The translations under genes were made by a program, and so were the position numbers. A DNA stretch of 64,000 nucleotides, from assembly GCA_002269645.1 (NCBI GenBank), contig NIVC01001263.1:124001-188000 (forward strand), written 5' to 3'. The notes below the pieces were generated by a model, which was not told the DNA's origin, did not search any database, and was given only the letters and a program-made list of their open reading frames with translations. Shown one piece after another: positions 1-11,586 of the stretch; positions within the stretch are counted from its first letter, which is position 1; each line of letters opens with the position of its first letter. This stretch comes from Macrostomum lignano. Taxonomy: Eukaryota.

Positions 1-565
1 AATATTGCCAACAGTTTTAATGCAGGAAAATATCAGGTAATAAAAAAGTCCAAAGATACGCGGCTGCCCGGGCGGCTATAATGGGTTAGGAAGCTGATCC
101 TTCATCGGATTAGTGAGCGCTCGTGGCTGGATTGTTTAACGCATCGATGACTACTTTTGTGAAGGCCAGCAGGGCAGTTAATAGCCTGAAACAAGCGACA
201 GGAAGTGTCAAGGATGCGAGCTCTCCCACAAGCTGAGATGCTGGGCCTGCAGGGCGCACCTTCGTCAATAAGGGCGCTCGCAGAACGCTCTTCCACCCTC
301 CCAGTTCGGCTCACCGACAACTTGTCGAAATTCAATTTGCGATTCACGGCGCCTCCAACTCTCCAAATCAGATCCGGAATATTTGATTAGGCGGCTTGAA
401 AGCAGAACGGCAGTTTCTGTTGGAGAATATTGTGTTGGGAGCAAGTTCTGCAGCCTTCCAACGCATCTAACCCACAAGCTAACCCACAAGAAGTTTGTTC
501 TTTTCTGTCCTGCACTTTTGCCACGAGTGAAAAAAACTTAACTGATTCAGCCCAACAACCCACAG

Positions 566-3500
566 ACCTCCTGGTTGGCCTGGTGCTGGTGCTGCCGCAG
601 ATTGCGGAGCGGCTTCTCATGCAGTTTCACGGGCCTGAGTTTCTTTGCAAGGCGAAGTTCTTTGTTCAGGTATGCTTTGATACTTACAGAAACTATTGGG
701 TCAGGGGAGGCGGCAAAGTGCTCGAGATATGCACCATTGAGTATGGGGAGAGCCGGGTAACACTGTGTCTGGTGGCATTGTGTCTGGTGGCATTGTGTCT
801 GGTGGCATTGTGTCTGGTGGCATTGTGTCTGGTGGCATTGTGTCTGGTGGCATTGTGTCTGGTGGCATTGTGTCTGGTGGCATTGTGTCTGGTGGCATTG
901 TGTCTGGTGGCATTGTGTCTGGTGGCATTGTGTCTGGTGGCATTGTGTCTGGTGGCATTGTGTCTGGTGGCATTGTGTCTGGTGGCATTGTGTCTGGTGG
1001 CATTGTGTCTGGTGGCATTGTGTCTGGTGGCATTGTGTCTGGTGGCATTGTGTCTGGTGGCATTGTGTCTGGTGGCATTGTGTCTGGTGGCATTGTGTCT
1101 GGTGGCATTGTGTCTGGTGGCATTGTGTCTGGTGGCATTGTGTCTGGTGGCATTGTGTCTGGTGGCATTGTGTCTGGTGGCATTGTGTCTGGTGGCATTG
1201 TGTCTAGTGGCATTGTGTCTGGTGGCATTGTGTCTGGTGGCATTGTGTCTGGTGGCATTGTGTCTGGTGGCATTGTGTCTGGTGGCATTGTGTCTGGTGG
1301 CATTGTGTCTGGTGGCATTCTGTCGGGTGGCATTGTGTCTGGTGGCATTCTGTCTGGTGGCATTCTGTCTGGTGAAATTCTATCTGGTGACATTGTGTCT
1401 GGTGGCATTGTGTCTGGTGGCATTCTGTCTGGTGACATTGTGTCTGGTGACATTGTGTCAGGTGGCATTGTCTCTAGTGACATTGTGCCTGGTGGCATTT
1501 TGTATGGTGGAATTGTGCGAGTAGTGCACAGTGCTAAAAGCCTAAAAGCCCTCCCGCCTTCATCCCGGTCAGCACCTGGTTGCCTACGCAGCCGCTCACG
1601 CGCTGGTAGCTTTGAGCATCGACCGAGTGGACGCCATCTCGAATCCGCTGAGAGCGTCAACATCCAAGAGAGGTGAGGAAATTCCATAACCAATTTGACA
1701 GCAGCTTTCTGTAGTAAAATGCTTGCTGAGATAAAGCAAGTACGAGCGTAGATACCCTGCTTCTAGGTCGTACACGCATGTAAAGTGTGTTGATGGAAGA
1801 CTAAAAAAGCAGGGCAAGGTGGCTGAGGGGCCGAACCGGCTCAACAGCAGCGCATGGCAAGATAATTAAGTCAGGAGTCTAGAATAGAAACTCTTACACC
1901 CGTTACACCTGTTACACCTGTTTATCTACGATCATATTGATAATGACGATAATGACGCGATGACTAAACGGCTGCAAATTTCAGGCTTTCAAACCGGCTG
2001 CATCATCGCCGGCTCCTGGCTGCTGAGCGGCCTCTACAGCTGGCCGATTCTATTCTGGACTCACGTTGAGCAGCACCGCATTTTCGGCCGACAGTGCATG
2101 ATCATCTACGGCCTGGGCCAGAACGTCACTCGGCAGGAGAGGGAAGTCTTCTGGCAGGTGAGGTGCTTCATCTCTGGATGTGCTGGGCCTCAGGCAACCT
2201 CAGGCATCGGTTTAGATTGCAGTCAGCATGCAAGGGGCTGATCCTCAGGCATCGGTTTAGACTGCAGTCAGCATGCAAGGGGCTGATCCTCAGGCATCGG
2301 TTTAGACTACAGTCAGCATGCAAGGGGCTGATCCTCAGGCATCGGTTTAGACTGCAGTCAGCATGCAAGGGGCTGATCCTCAGGCATCGGTTTAGACTGC
2401 AGTCAGCATGCAAGGGGCTGATCCTCAGGCATCGGTTTAGACTACAGTCAGCATGCAAGGGGCTGATCCTCAGGCATCGGTTTAGACTACAGTCAGCATG
2501 CAAGGGGCTGATCCTCAGGCATCGGTTTAGACTGCAGTCAGCATGCAAGGGGCTGATCCTCAGGCATCGGTTTAGACTGCAGTCAGCATGCAAGGGGCTG
2601 ATCCTCAGGCATCGGTTTAGACTACAGTCAGCATGCAAGGGGCTGATCCTCAGGCATCGGTTTAGACTGCAGTCAGAATGCAAGGGGCTGATCTTCAGGC
2701 ATCGGTTTAGACTGCAGTCAGAATGCAAGGGGCTGATCCTCAGGCATCGGTTAACTCTGCAGTCAGCATGCAAGGGGCTCAGACAACAGCTCAAATTGAG
2801 AGAATCTTATCCTGCCGCACACTCCAAAAACCTGCCAGGTGTACGTCACGGCCAACATGGTCACGATTTTCGTCATTCCCGTGATTATTGTGGCCATCTG
2901 CCACATCATTTTAATTGTAATAATCTGCCGGTCGAGCCGCGGCTCCAACCTGCCGTTGTCCAGCAGCCAACGCAACAAGCGGAAGCAGCAGAGCCAGCAG
3001 CAGCAACGCCAGCAGCACCAGCAGCATCAGCACAAATCGCAGCAGCACGCCGCTTCCAGCACGGTGACTCGAGCCAAGATCAAAACTGTTAAAGTCACGT
3101 GCACCATTGTTTCAGGTGAGATGGGAGCGGAGTTCGAATAACCAAATAAGTCTTATTTAGTATGCAAAATGTAGAAAATTTACAGATTTGGGTGGTTCGG
3201 GGTTCGAGTAGATGAAGTTCCAGAACAACTGAGAGGCTGTACATCTGCATAATAAAAAGCTGTGGTGGTGACTTTCTAGGGATGGGAAGGCAACAGGGTT
3301 AGGGGCAGAGTCTACGCGCCAGCCAGGGACAATGGGCTTGCAATCAAAAGTGGAGTGTTTGCTCATTCTATGAGAGGCAATAGCAAATTATTGAGAGAAG
3401 ATGCGTGACTCGATCATAAGGTATAATTTTTCTGTAGCTAGCAAGAATCAGTTACTTCAATCTAGAGCGAAGATCAACTGGCACAGCAGGAGCAGCAAGA

Positions 3501-4711
3501 TTGATGCACCGAGGACAGAAACTCGCTGAGCACTCGACCAGCACGCGCTCTGTTGCTACAGCGGAATTGAGGGATGCTCACAGCCAATATTGCCCGCTCT
3601 TGTCCTCTGCCTGGATGACAGCTCGCAAACATGCAGCGGGATGGGCAGGGGGGGGGGGCAGGAAAGGGAGCGGGCTCAAGAGATATTCGATCGCGCAGAC
3701 AGTCTGCTGACTGCCCGGAGTTGCCAAGCTACACAAAGCACTCCCAGCTTTGAATATTGCAAACAGAGCCATCCTCTCGGTCAGGTATAAGCTGACTTCA
3801 ATTTATGAAACTAGCAGATGCTCAGTTTGCTCAGAATTTTCAGTCTGTCTCTCTGTCGCTTCATAAACTTGTTTACTATACATATCGGCATTCAAATTTA
3901 ACATTGTTGACCTACACAATCACAGCATTAACTCATTCCCAACTCCGCCCAACCCAGTGTTCATTCTGTGCTGGCTGCCGTACACAATCGGTAACTTCCT
4001 TGACGTTTACAAAGCAGCGTCATGGTCAAACAATGTCCGGGCCTTCATACAGGTAACTTAAAAACTATTCATAAAAAGTCATTTTCAATCATTTTCATTT
4101 ACTTTTTAGTTAAGCCTGTTGTTAAAAAAATATCCATCTTCAGACTCTTGGAACGCTCAATTCTGCGGCAAATCCGATAATTTTCTTTATTTTCAACTAC
4201 AAGTAAGTGTCCGGATTAGTGAGACCTACCGTTTCTGATACTGCTGCCCGACCTTTTATGCAACCCCACCCCCCTCCCCGGCTCTGCAACCCCAACCCCA
4301 TCCCCGGGTTCTACAGCCCCACCTCATCATCGGCTCTGCAACCCCCACCCCATCCCCGAGCTCTGCAACCCCACCTGCCATTCCTCCCGCAGCCAATGCT
4401 GCCGCGGGTCGCAGGGGCCGAACGGCGACCGAGGCGACCCGCAGTCGCGCAGCGGTCCGCGCTACAATCGGGTGGTTCTTCGCCTCGAGCCCATGACGAG
4501 AAACGGCCGCCGCCAATCTCGGGGCGGCGATGGCGGCGCCGGTGGCGTTGGTAGCAGCTGCGCGATCGACGCCAACGGCAGCAGGCGATGCCTGACGTTG
4601 TTGGAGCCGCCGAGCCAGCACGCCGCGGAGGAAACGGAAGCCGAAACAGCTCCGCCGTCTTGCTTCGGCAGCATCAGCAGCCAGGTGCAGCTGGCTGGCG
4701 CTTTTGACTGA
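566..4711 (+). CDS. Rhodopsin-class neuropeptide GPCR of the NPS/CCAP/vasopressin-oxytocin receptor superfamily, 5'-incomplete (TM1 exon not identified in window)
   Basis: Phase-compatible GT-AG exons: 566-669 (DLLVGLVLVLPQ..LCK, TM2-ECL1), 1573-1672 (LVALSIDRVDAISNPL, TM3), 1985-2157 (TM4 GSWLLS, ECL2 Cys), 2839-3115 (TM5, RAKIKTVK), 3958-4052 (FILCWLPY, TM6), 4144-4202 (LNSAANPIIF, TM7), 4393-4711 (CC then tail, TGA). LVALSIDR.DAI and RAKIKTVK are typical of NPS/CCAP-type receptors. Confidence 0.9.
764..1515. repeat. 15-bp minisatellite (tgtgtctggtggcat)n, ~50 copies, in a GPCR intron
   Basis: Directly visible; homogeneous at the 5' side and degenerate at the 3' end. Source of ORFs 430..1524, 701..1693 and 765..1676. 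Confidence 0.97.
2200..2780. repeat. 45-bp minisatellite (caggcatcggtttagactgcagtcagcatgcaaggggctgatcct)n, ~13 copies, in a GPCR intron
   Basis: Directly visible between the donor at 2158 and the acceptor at 2838. Confidence 0.97.
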
Positions 4712-5389
4712 GGGAACCAAAGTAGTTCTCGCAGCCATTCGGAACACTTCATAGTTTCTGAGAACTCTGGACGGATAATCTGGAGATTTTAAATCACCTA
4801 TCAAAGAAAGCTTTGAACAATCTGCACCAAAATAGTTAAGGCTGAACTCACTGAAAAAACTACAATTTTGCTTGCTGTTGTGAATCCATGGTTACATATC
4901 TGCGTATCGTATGAAGTTGAGTCATTCCTCACTATTAATTGCGTGGACCAATCAATAGAAACAACAGTTTTTCTTTTTTTCTGAAAGAAAGGTCGATGTG
5001 ACGTACTTTGTTTGCTTTGTTCAACCTATCAGCAGTGCAAACGTTCCGAATTCTCGTCTAATTTAATCGTGCAAGTGTATGGGGATTTGCTAAGAAACCA
5101 AAGCGCTCCTCGTCAGGGTGGGGGGGCTACCGGGAACGGTGCCGGTTCATGCTAATTGGGGCCAGCCACCAAGGCAGAGGCAGTTCAGGTAGGTGTGTGT
5201 GCACCTCTGGGAGTGTCTGCCAGCGTGACCAGCTCATTAAGTCTACGGCTATCAGTACATCAGCATCCACACCGCCTCTGCAAACTCATTCAGAACTCAA
5301 GGCGCGTTCACACCGCCATGAAGCGAGGCAAAAATTCGTCTGAAATTTCGTGATTCTGGCCATGAAACACATACTTGTACAACTTCTTA

Positions 5390-5560
5390 TACGTCTGACT
5401 CACGACACGACTGAAAGGTTGGGGGTTCGATTCTCGACGCATTTGGAACAATTTGTGTCCTTGAGCAAGACATTTAACTCTGCATTGCTTCAGTTCACCC
5501 AGCTGTAAAATGGGTGCCAGCATTAGCTGGGTAATTAAAGGTGTGCGGCGACCCCCCCCC
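5390..5560 (+). mobile_element. Probable tRNA-derived SINE fragment
   Basis: Pol III B-box-like ggttcgattc at ~5424-5433, followed by gtgtccttgagcaagacatttaac...cagttcacccagctgtaaaatgggtgcc, which resembles the conserved body of invertebrate/fish tRNA-SINEs (recognised from memory). A-box and TSD not clear. Confidence 0.5.
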
Positions 5561-6414
5561 CCTTGGACTGAACAGCCGTACGCAGCCTTCAGATGCGACG
5601 CGCAATGGCTGCGGCTGAGCTGTCGGTTGCACATCTGCCCATTGTGGCAGGGTTAATAAACAAAGAAAGCTTCTTCCTCTACAACGGCAACAAGTGCACA
5701 CGGAGGCAGACATTTTACGGAATAGCACTGCCATCCCAGATCCCTATTTGGGATTTCCATTCTGTTGCCGCATTCATTTAGCCACTGATGCTTCACAGAC
5801 CATACAACGCCTTGCCATCAATGCTGAGCAGTGGCCCCCATCAGGGGCAAGGGAAACAATGGATAAAGATGCATAATTGCTGCTCTGAGCTGCTTAACGC
5901 GCTGAGCGCTTGAGAGGCCAAACTGGTTTTTTTAGAAGCAAGCAGCTGCATCCCCACTCCCCCTTGCTGTGCCTGTATTTTATATTTTATGAGCTCAAAC
6001 TGATGAAGAGATTTACTCTCCCGACTTGAGTATGAAATCCACGGAGCTGCCCTCTCGTTCGCATCTGCATAGCCGTACATCAAAATAAAGCCATCCTGCT
6101 AATATCCAGGATGCATTTATTTATGCTCAAGGGCCAAGGAGCTGACGTATCGAGCTGCTCATGCAGCCGGGTCTCGCTGGCTTAGCAGGAGCTGCTCCCA
6201 CTCTGCCAGACCCGGGTCCACTGATGCCCTCTCTCCCTGATTTATTTACTAAAATATGGAGAAAGTTATTCAAATCGTGTGAGCTGAGTAGACAGAATTT
6301 AACACGATTTGTAAGTCAAAGGCATAATTCAGCTTGACAAGCTCATAGTCTACTTTAAGTAGGACGAGGCAAAAATAAACGGCCAGTTTATATTTTCTTC
6401 TTGAGCGGCTCTCT

Positions 6415-6787
<373 letters not shown>

Positions 6788-7336
6788 GCTGTCTGACGAA
6801 ACCCAAATAGAAAAAGCTGCGCATAGTAACGCACTTTCATCAAAAATTTGCTCAGCTGAGCCGGTTTCCAAAATAGTCAATCTCAGAGATGGCAGGCTAT
6901 TTTTCGTTAGGTTTCTCTCCAGACTTGCGGCTTCAATTGTCTGAAAAAACTTTTAAAAAATGATGAGGCGGAACTCCGCTTGGTAGGCTGCCGGATTTTC
7001 TGGATCTCAGCTCTGTTCCACTTCGTGCCGTCGACTTTCTGCGGGCTTGTAAAATTTTGCAAAGAAAAAACTCCAAAAATTTTCTCTCAAATCTCTTCTG
7101 TTGAGTGGTTTGACAGTCGCGCCAACACATTTTTTAGTTGTTTTGTTACTATGGACACAAAATACAGGCAGACAAGCAGGCGTCAAAACTTCTGCTCGAT
7201 ACGCTGTTTAGTTAATTTAGTCTAACTGTCTAGATAGACAGCTGGTACTTGTAATTTCAAACTTTTGTGCAGCTGGAAAGTCCAAGCCGAACTCTCTGTC
7301 GAGGCCATCTTTGTGAGCGACAGAGTTCACACGAGC

Positions 7337-8311
7337 TCACACGAAGCCGTAGGCCGTCACCTCGCAGATGGTCAGAGCATCGTTCAGCCGACTGGTCACC
7401 CGCAGCCTGCGGCCCCGCCTGTTGCAGCTGAAGTTCCGCACGGAGAAGGCGTTCGCCGTGACGAAGTCCACGCAAGCGGCGCCATCCACCTCGATGACGA
7501 AGTTGTTCAACCGGGACTGGCAGCACTCGGCCCGGTTGTACAGCGTCACCTCGGTGATGAAGGCCTCGTCGGGTGCCTCGGCTTCCCACCACTGGTTGGG
7601 GCCGCTGGCGGTGCTGAAGCAGGTCGGGTACAGCTGGCTGACGTCGCCGTCCATGGCTTTGCCGCACAGGTTGGAGGCGCCCCAGATGGTGCTCTGCCTG
7701 CAGACGGACATGGACAGCGGCGCCCTGCCTGCAATCGGGTCGGATTGGATCTGCTGAGTTTCAGTCTTGCCATCCGCAACTGCAGCAGGTCCGCAAGCTT
7801 CCAGTCTGTATCATAAACAACACAAATGAACTTGGCGGGTCAATTTATGGCCAATAAATTTTATGACAGGGATCAGCAATTCAGTCTTTACCCAAGTCTA
7901 CACATCATAGAAGCAGGCATTTTCAGCTGTTATTGACTAAATTTATTTTTGATCATGTATAAACATCTGTCTATTGCTGTTGATTCACACAGTTGAAATT
8001 CACCAGTCATGCACAGCGCACTCACCGGGGAAACCCGGCTTGCTGTGCACCGGCTGAACCGGGCCACCAGCCGGAGCCGCAACCTCGTCGGGTAACAGCA
8101 GGTGGCACTCGGAGCCCGTGAACCGGGCGCTGGCGCACCAGCCTCTGGCGGCGCACAAGGACAAGCAGTGAACGAGACGTTGGCTGCTCAGCGACTGCTC
8201 AGCGGCCGAGTTGGCTGTTGGCCAGCTAGCCCGCAGCTCGCCAGTTCTCGCCTTTCCGGATGCACCGACGACCAGCAGCAGCAGTAGCAGTGACGGCAGA
8301 GCTCGGGCCAT
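7337..8311 (-). CDS. Secreted PAN/apple + F-type lectin (fucolectin/FTP-like) domain protein
   Basis: Exon 8311-8026: signal peptide MARALPSLLLLLLVVGASG and PAN-like HCLSLC..WCASARF..SEC, donor g|gtgag. Exon 7728-7337 (phase 1 compatible): AMDGD, WW, V.LYNRAECCQSRL, GRRLRV, LTICEV, all F-type lectin hallmarks. Confidence 0.85.
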
Positions 8312-8758
8312 CGTGCGCTCATAAGTTCAAATTGTCAGACTGCCCCATCTCTTCGACTGCGCGCCGGCTTTTAACACTATTTGGAGCTCCGCCCAGCCAA
8401 TGAGGCTGAATAAACGCACCGAAAGCCCTGCATGAAAGTGTCTTCTAATTACTGACCTTTCAAGGTGGACGTGAATAACATATTTTTCGCATTACTCTAC
8501 TACCTAAGTAGGTAGGACTGTGCTAACTAGTCTTTTTCTAGCAGCTTCTTGCGAAGGATTTGAAGTTCCGAAAAAGTTTCGGCTTGTAGTGCACTGTCTG
8601 GTTTCCCTTCTTTGGCAGTTTGCTCTCATCCTCCAGCCTTCTCCGCCCACGTGCCCCGGCATTGCTTATTCACCTGTGCACTGCTACACAACAGTGTATG
8701 CTCAAATATATGGTTGTCCAAAGTCAAGTTCTGCACTCACTCACAAGCGCACTGCACG

Positions 8759-9040
8759 TTTTACATTCCTCTTGCGTCAGTATGTTTAACAGTTTTACAT
8801 TCCTCTTGCGTCAGTATGTTTAACAGTTTTACATTCCTCTTGCGTCAGTATGTTTAACAGTTTTACATTCCTCTTGCGTCAGTATGTTTAACACTTTTAC
8901 ATTCCTCTTGCGTCAGTATGTTTAACACTTTTACATTCCTCTTGCGTCAGTATGTTTAACACTTTTACATTCCTCTTGCGTCAGTATGTTTAACACTTTT
9001 ACATTCCTCTTGTGTCAGTAATTTAACACTTTTACATTCC
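8759..9040. repeat. 34-bp minisatellite (agttttacattcctcttgcgtcagtatgtttaac)n, ~8 copies
   Basis: Directly visible. Confidence 0.95.
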
Positions 9041-9326
9041 AATTCATGCAAGAATGAATGCTAAAAGCAGGATGAATGACAAGTTCAGAGGGCAACCAAG
9101 TATACGGAATTTCAAATGCGACATCGAGCTCAACCATCACCCCAGCTGCTGGATAACTCAAGCACAGTGTTCCCTTCAGTGGTAAAGCTCTCTTAATTCT
9201 GTTTATACCAGTGTATAGAGAATGATGCTGAAAAAGAAATTGTACTGAAGGTTAGACCACACATTTTAGTGAAAGTTTCCGCTTATATATGATCGCAGTT
9301 CCAGCTGCAGTCTCTCGGCATTGCAG

Positions 9327-11586
9327 TCAGTTGTAGGTCAGTCTGACGGCGGCCAGGTGGCTGTCCCGCAGGTAGGCATAGTAGCAGGCCCTGTCGCAGG
9401 CCTCGTCATCTCCGGGTCGGCAGCGGCATTCGGCAGGCAGCGCGCGGCCCCCGTAGAGGCGCCGCCGGGTCAGGTAGACCAGCAGCGACCGGATGACGGG
9501 ATAGCCAAGGCTGCCGTCGGCGGGGCAGCCGATGCCGCTGATGATGCACGGCTTCAGCTGCCGCTCCAGCGCCTGCTCCATCTGCTGGCCGTAGTACTGC
9601 GATTGGGGTCAAATAAGGTCATCTGGTTCTGTTGAATTAGCTGGGTCAGGAATGATTAAGCAATGCTGAGACCGGGCTGGGTCAATCAAGGTCATTCAGG
9701 TCAGTTGGAGTCAAATGTGATAATCAGGGTCAATCAGATTTTGAGTCAGGTCGGATGATCATGAAACTATGTAGAGGAGTTGGGGTCAGGTGGGTCAAAC
9801 TGGGTTCAAGACTTGGGGTCAGGTGGGTCAAACTGGGTTGAGGAGTTGGGGTCAGGTGGGTCAAACTGGGTTCAAGACTTGGGGTCAGGTGGGTCAAACT
9901 GGGTTCAAGACTCGGGGTCAGGTGGTTCAGGTTGGGTTGGGAATCGGGGTCAGATCGGGTCAACACAGTGTTGGAGAGTTGGGGTCATATTGGGTCAAGC
10001 TGTGTTGGAGAGTTGAGTTCAGATCGGGTCAACACAGTGTTGGGGAGTTGGGGTCAGATTGGGTCAAGCTGTGTTGGGAATCGGGGTCAGGTTGGGTCAA
10101 GCAAATTCGAAGTCAAGAGGCTTGAGGCTGTTGACACTAATTACGTGAATGTATTATACATGACTACGCAGAGCAGGCCAGCATTCTGTGCTTACACAAG
10201 TGCAATCGCACTATCCCAGTCGGGGCCTATAATACAACGAATGCGCTTTCCATTTCCCACAGAAACACCGCCAACTTTTTGGCTTCCGTCGGATCCGAAT
10301 CTCTCAATCCATCTCGAATGATTCAGCTCTGAAAAGCTGAAGAACGGTATTGAAGTCGAACAGTCCATGCTGATGGTGTGTGCACCCCCCCCCCCTGCTT
10401 TGCTCCCAGAGATGGGAACTGCAGCACACCACTACGAAAACAGATGCCAGAATACTGAAAATGCCAGGCTCGCATGCACTACCAAAACGATCCCTTCCTC
10501 AATGTTCCTGCAGTGGGCCAACAGGTTATTCGCTGCTAGGGAGGGGTGGCAGGAGTCTGCATCGTTTGCACAATTTCTGATTTTGGTGGCCGCGGGCAGT
10601 CCACTGCCAATTATGTCCGGATGAAGCTGCCAGAGGCAGAAATTTTCCCAAATCAGTTCTTTGCTTACAAGACCTATCGCACTAGAGGGCTTTGCTGCGT
10701 TCGCAACTTGCTGTTCAGCAGTGAGGGCCGCACCTTGTGAGCAAAAAATAGTCCAGAGACGAAGTGGGCAGGTTACACAAGTCAAGAGGATTTGCAATTA
10801 GAAGATTGCTAATATAATCTGTCACTGTCTCCCTATCCAATGTACAGATGAAGCTCTGGCATGTGTTCTGATTAAACAACTTGATATACAGATAATCAGG
10901 GTCAATCAGATTTTGAGTCAGGTTGGATGAAATTCAAGGACTACTCAAGTAACATATACAGGATGCTACACTTAAAATCTCGCACAACATATCAAAAGAT
11001 GAACATTGGGTCGTCTCCTATATCGAAAGCAATAACAATTTTTGTGCTTAAAAAATTAAAACCTCCTATCTCTGTAGTGTATTTTTCGGCGAAAAGTGGC
11101 CTTCATTACATTTACCATAGATTTCGAGTGTTGCGTCCTTCTACTTAAGTTGTCCTTGATGAAACTATGTAGAGGAGTTGGGGTCAGAGGAGTGGGACAA
11201 TGTGCCATAGGGTGCTTTTTTAGTAGTCTAGCGGGCAAATAAAGCCATAGACAATTCGTTATCGAGCAAGCATAACAGCCATTTATCACTGTTATTTATT
11301 GATTTTGGTGCCTTTGTATCATAGACACTTGTGGATTGCAGCAATCATGCATAGGATCTGTGGGCCTAACTAACAACCTGATTGACAAAAACAATGCTGA
11401 ACTCGTGTCGTCACATTTGTCACAGCCCGAACTTCATCAGAGGGTCAGAAGATAGGGAGACGCCTGGCTGCTGCCAAAGACACTCACCGTTCGTTGCGCC
11501 AAAACGACAGGCGCAGCAGCCACCAGCAGGGCCAGCGATAGCGCCAGCGACAGGGGGTGCACAGAAGGCAGCGCTGAAGGCAGCAT
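9327..11586 (-). CDS. Small secreted six-cysteine protein or peptide precursor, ~122 aa, family unknown
   Basis: Exon 11586-11488: MLPSALPSVHPLSLALSLALLVAAAPVVLAQRT, signal peptide, donor gtgagt, phase 0. Exon 9596-9327 after cgcag, phase 0: YYGQQMEQALERQLKPCIISGIGC...TRRRLYGGRALPAECRC...CDRACYY...TGA. Joining the two exons is inferred. Confidence 0.6.
9775..10100. repeat. Compound intronic minisatellite (33-bp ggggtcaggtgggtcaaactgggttcaagactt units, then ~50-bp units)
   Basis: Directly visible. Confidence 0.9.
10935..11158. mobile_element. Non-autonomous DNA transposon (MITE), P- or hAT-like
   Basis: Imperfect TIRs caaggactactcaagta and tacttaagttgtccttg; flanking 8-bp TSD atgaaatt / atgaaact (7 of 8 match). 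It interrupts a segment whose uninterrupted paralog lies at 9719-9789. Confidence 0.75.

Noticed and set aside
430-3092. Long ORFs (VALCL, SGGIV, MPPDT, LILRHRFRLQSACKG) resembling repetitive structural proteins
   Set aside because: They are translations of intronic minisatellites lying between well-supported GPCR exons.
10546-10740. 64-aa ORF (ISDFGGRGQS...) as a possible transposase fragment or extra exon
   Set aside because: No convincing catalytic motif, TIRs or compatible splice context.
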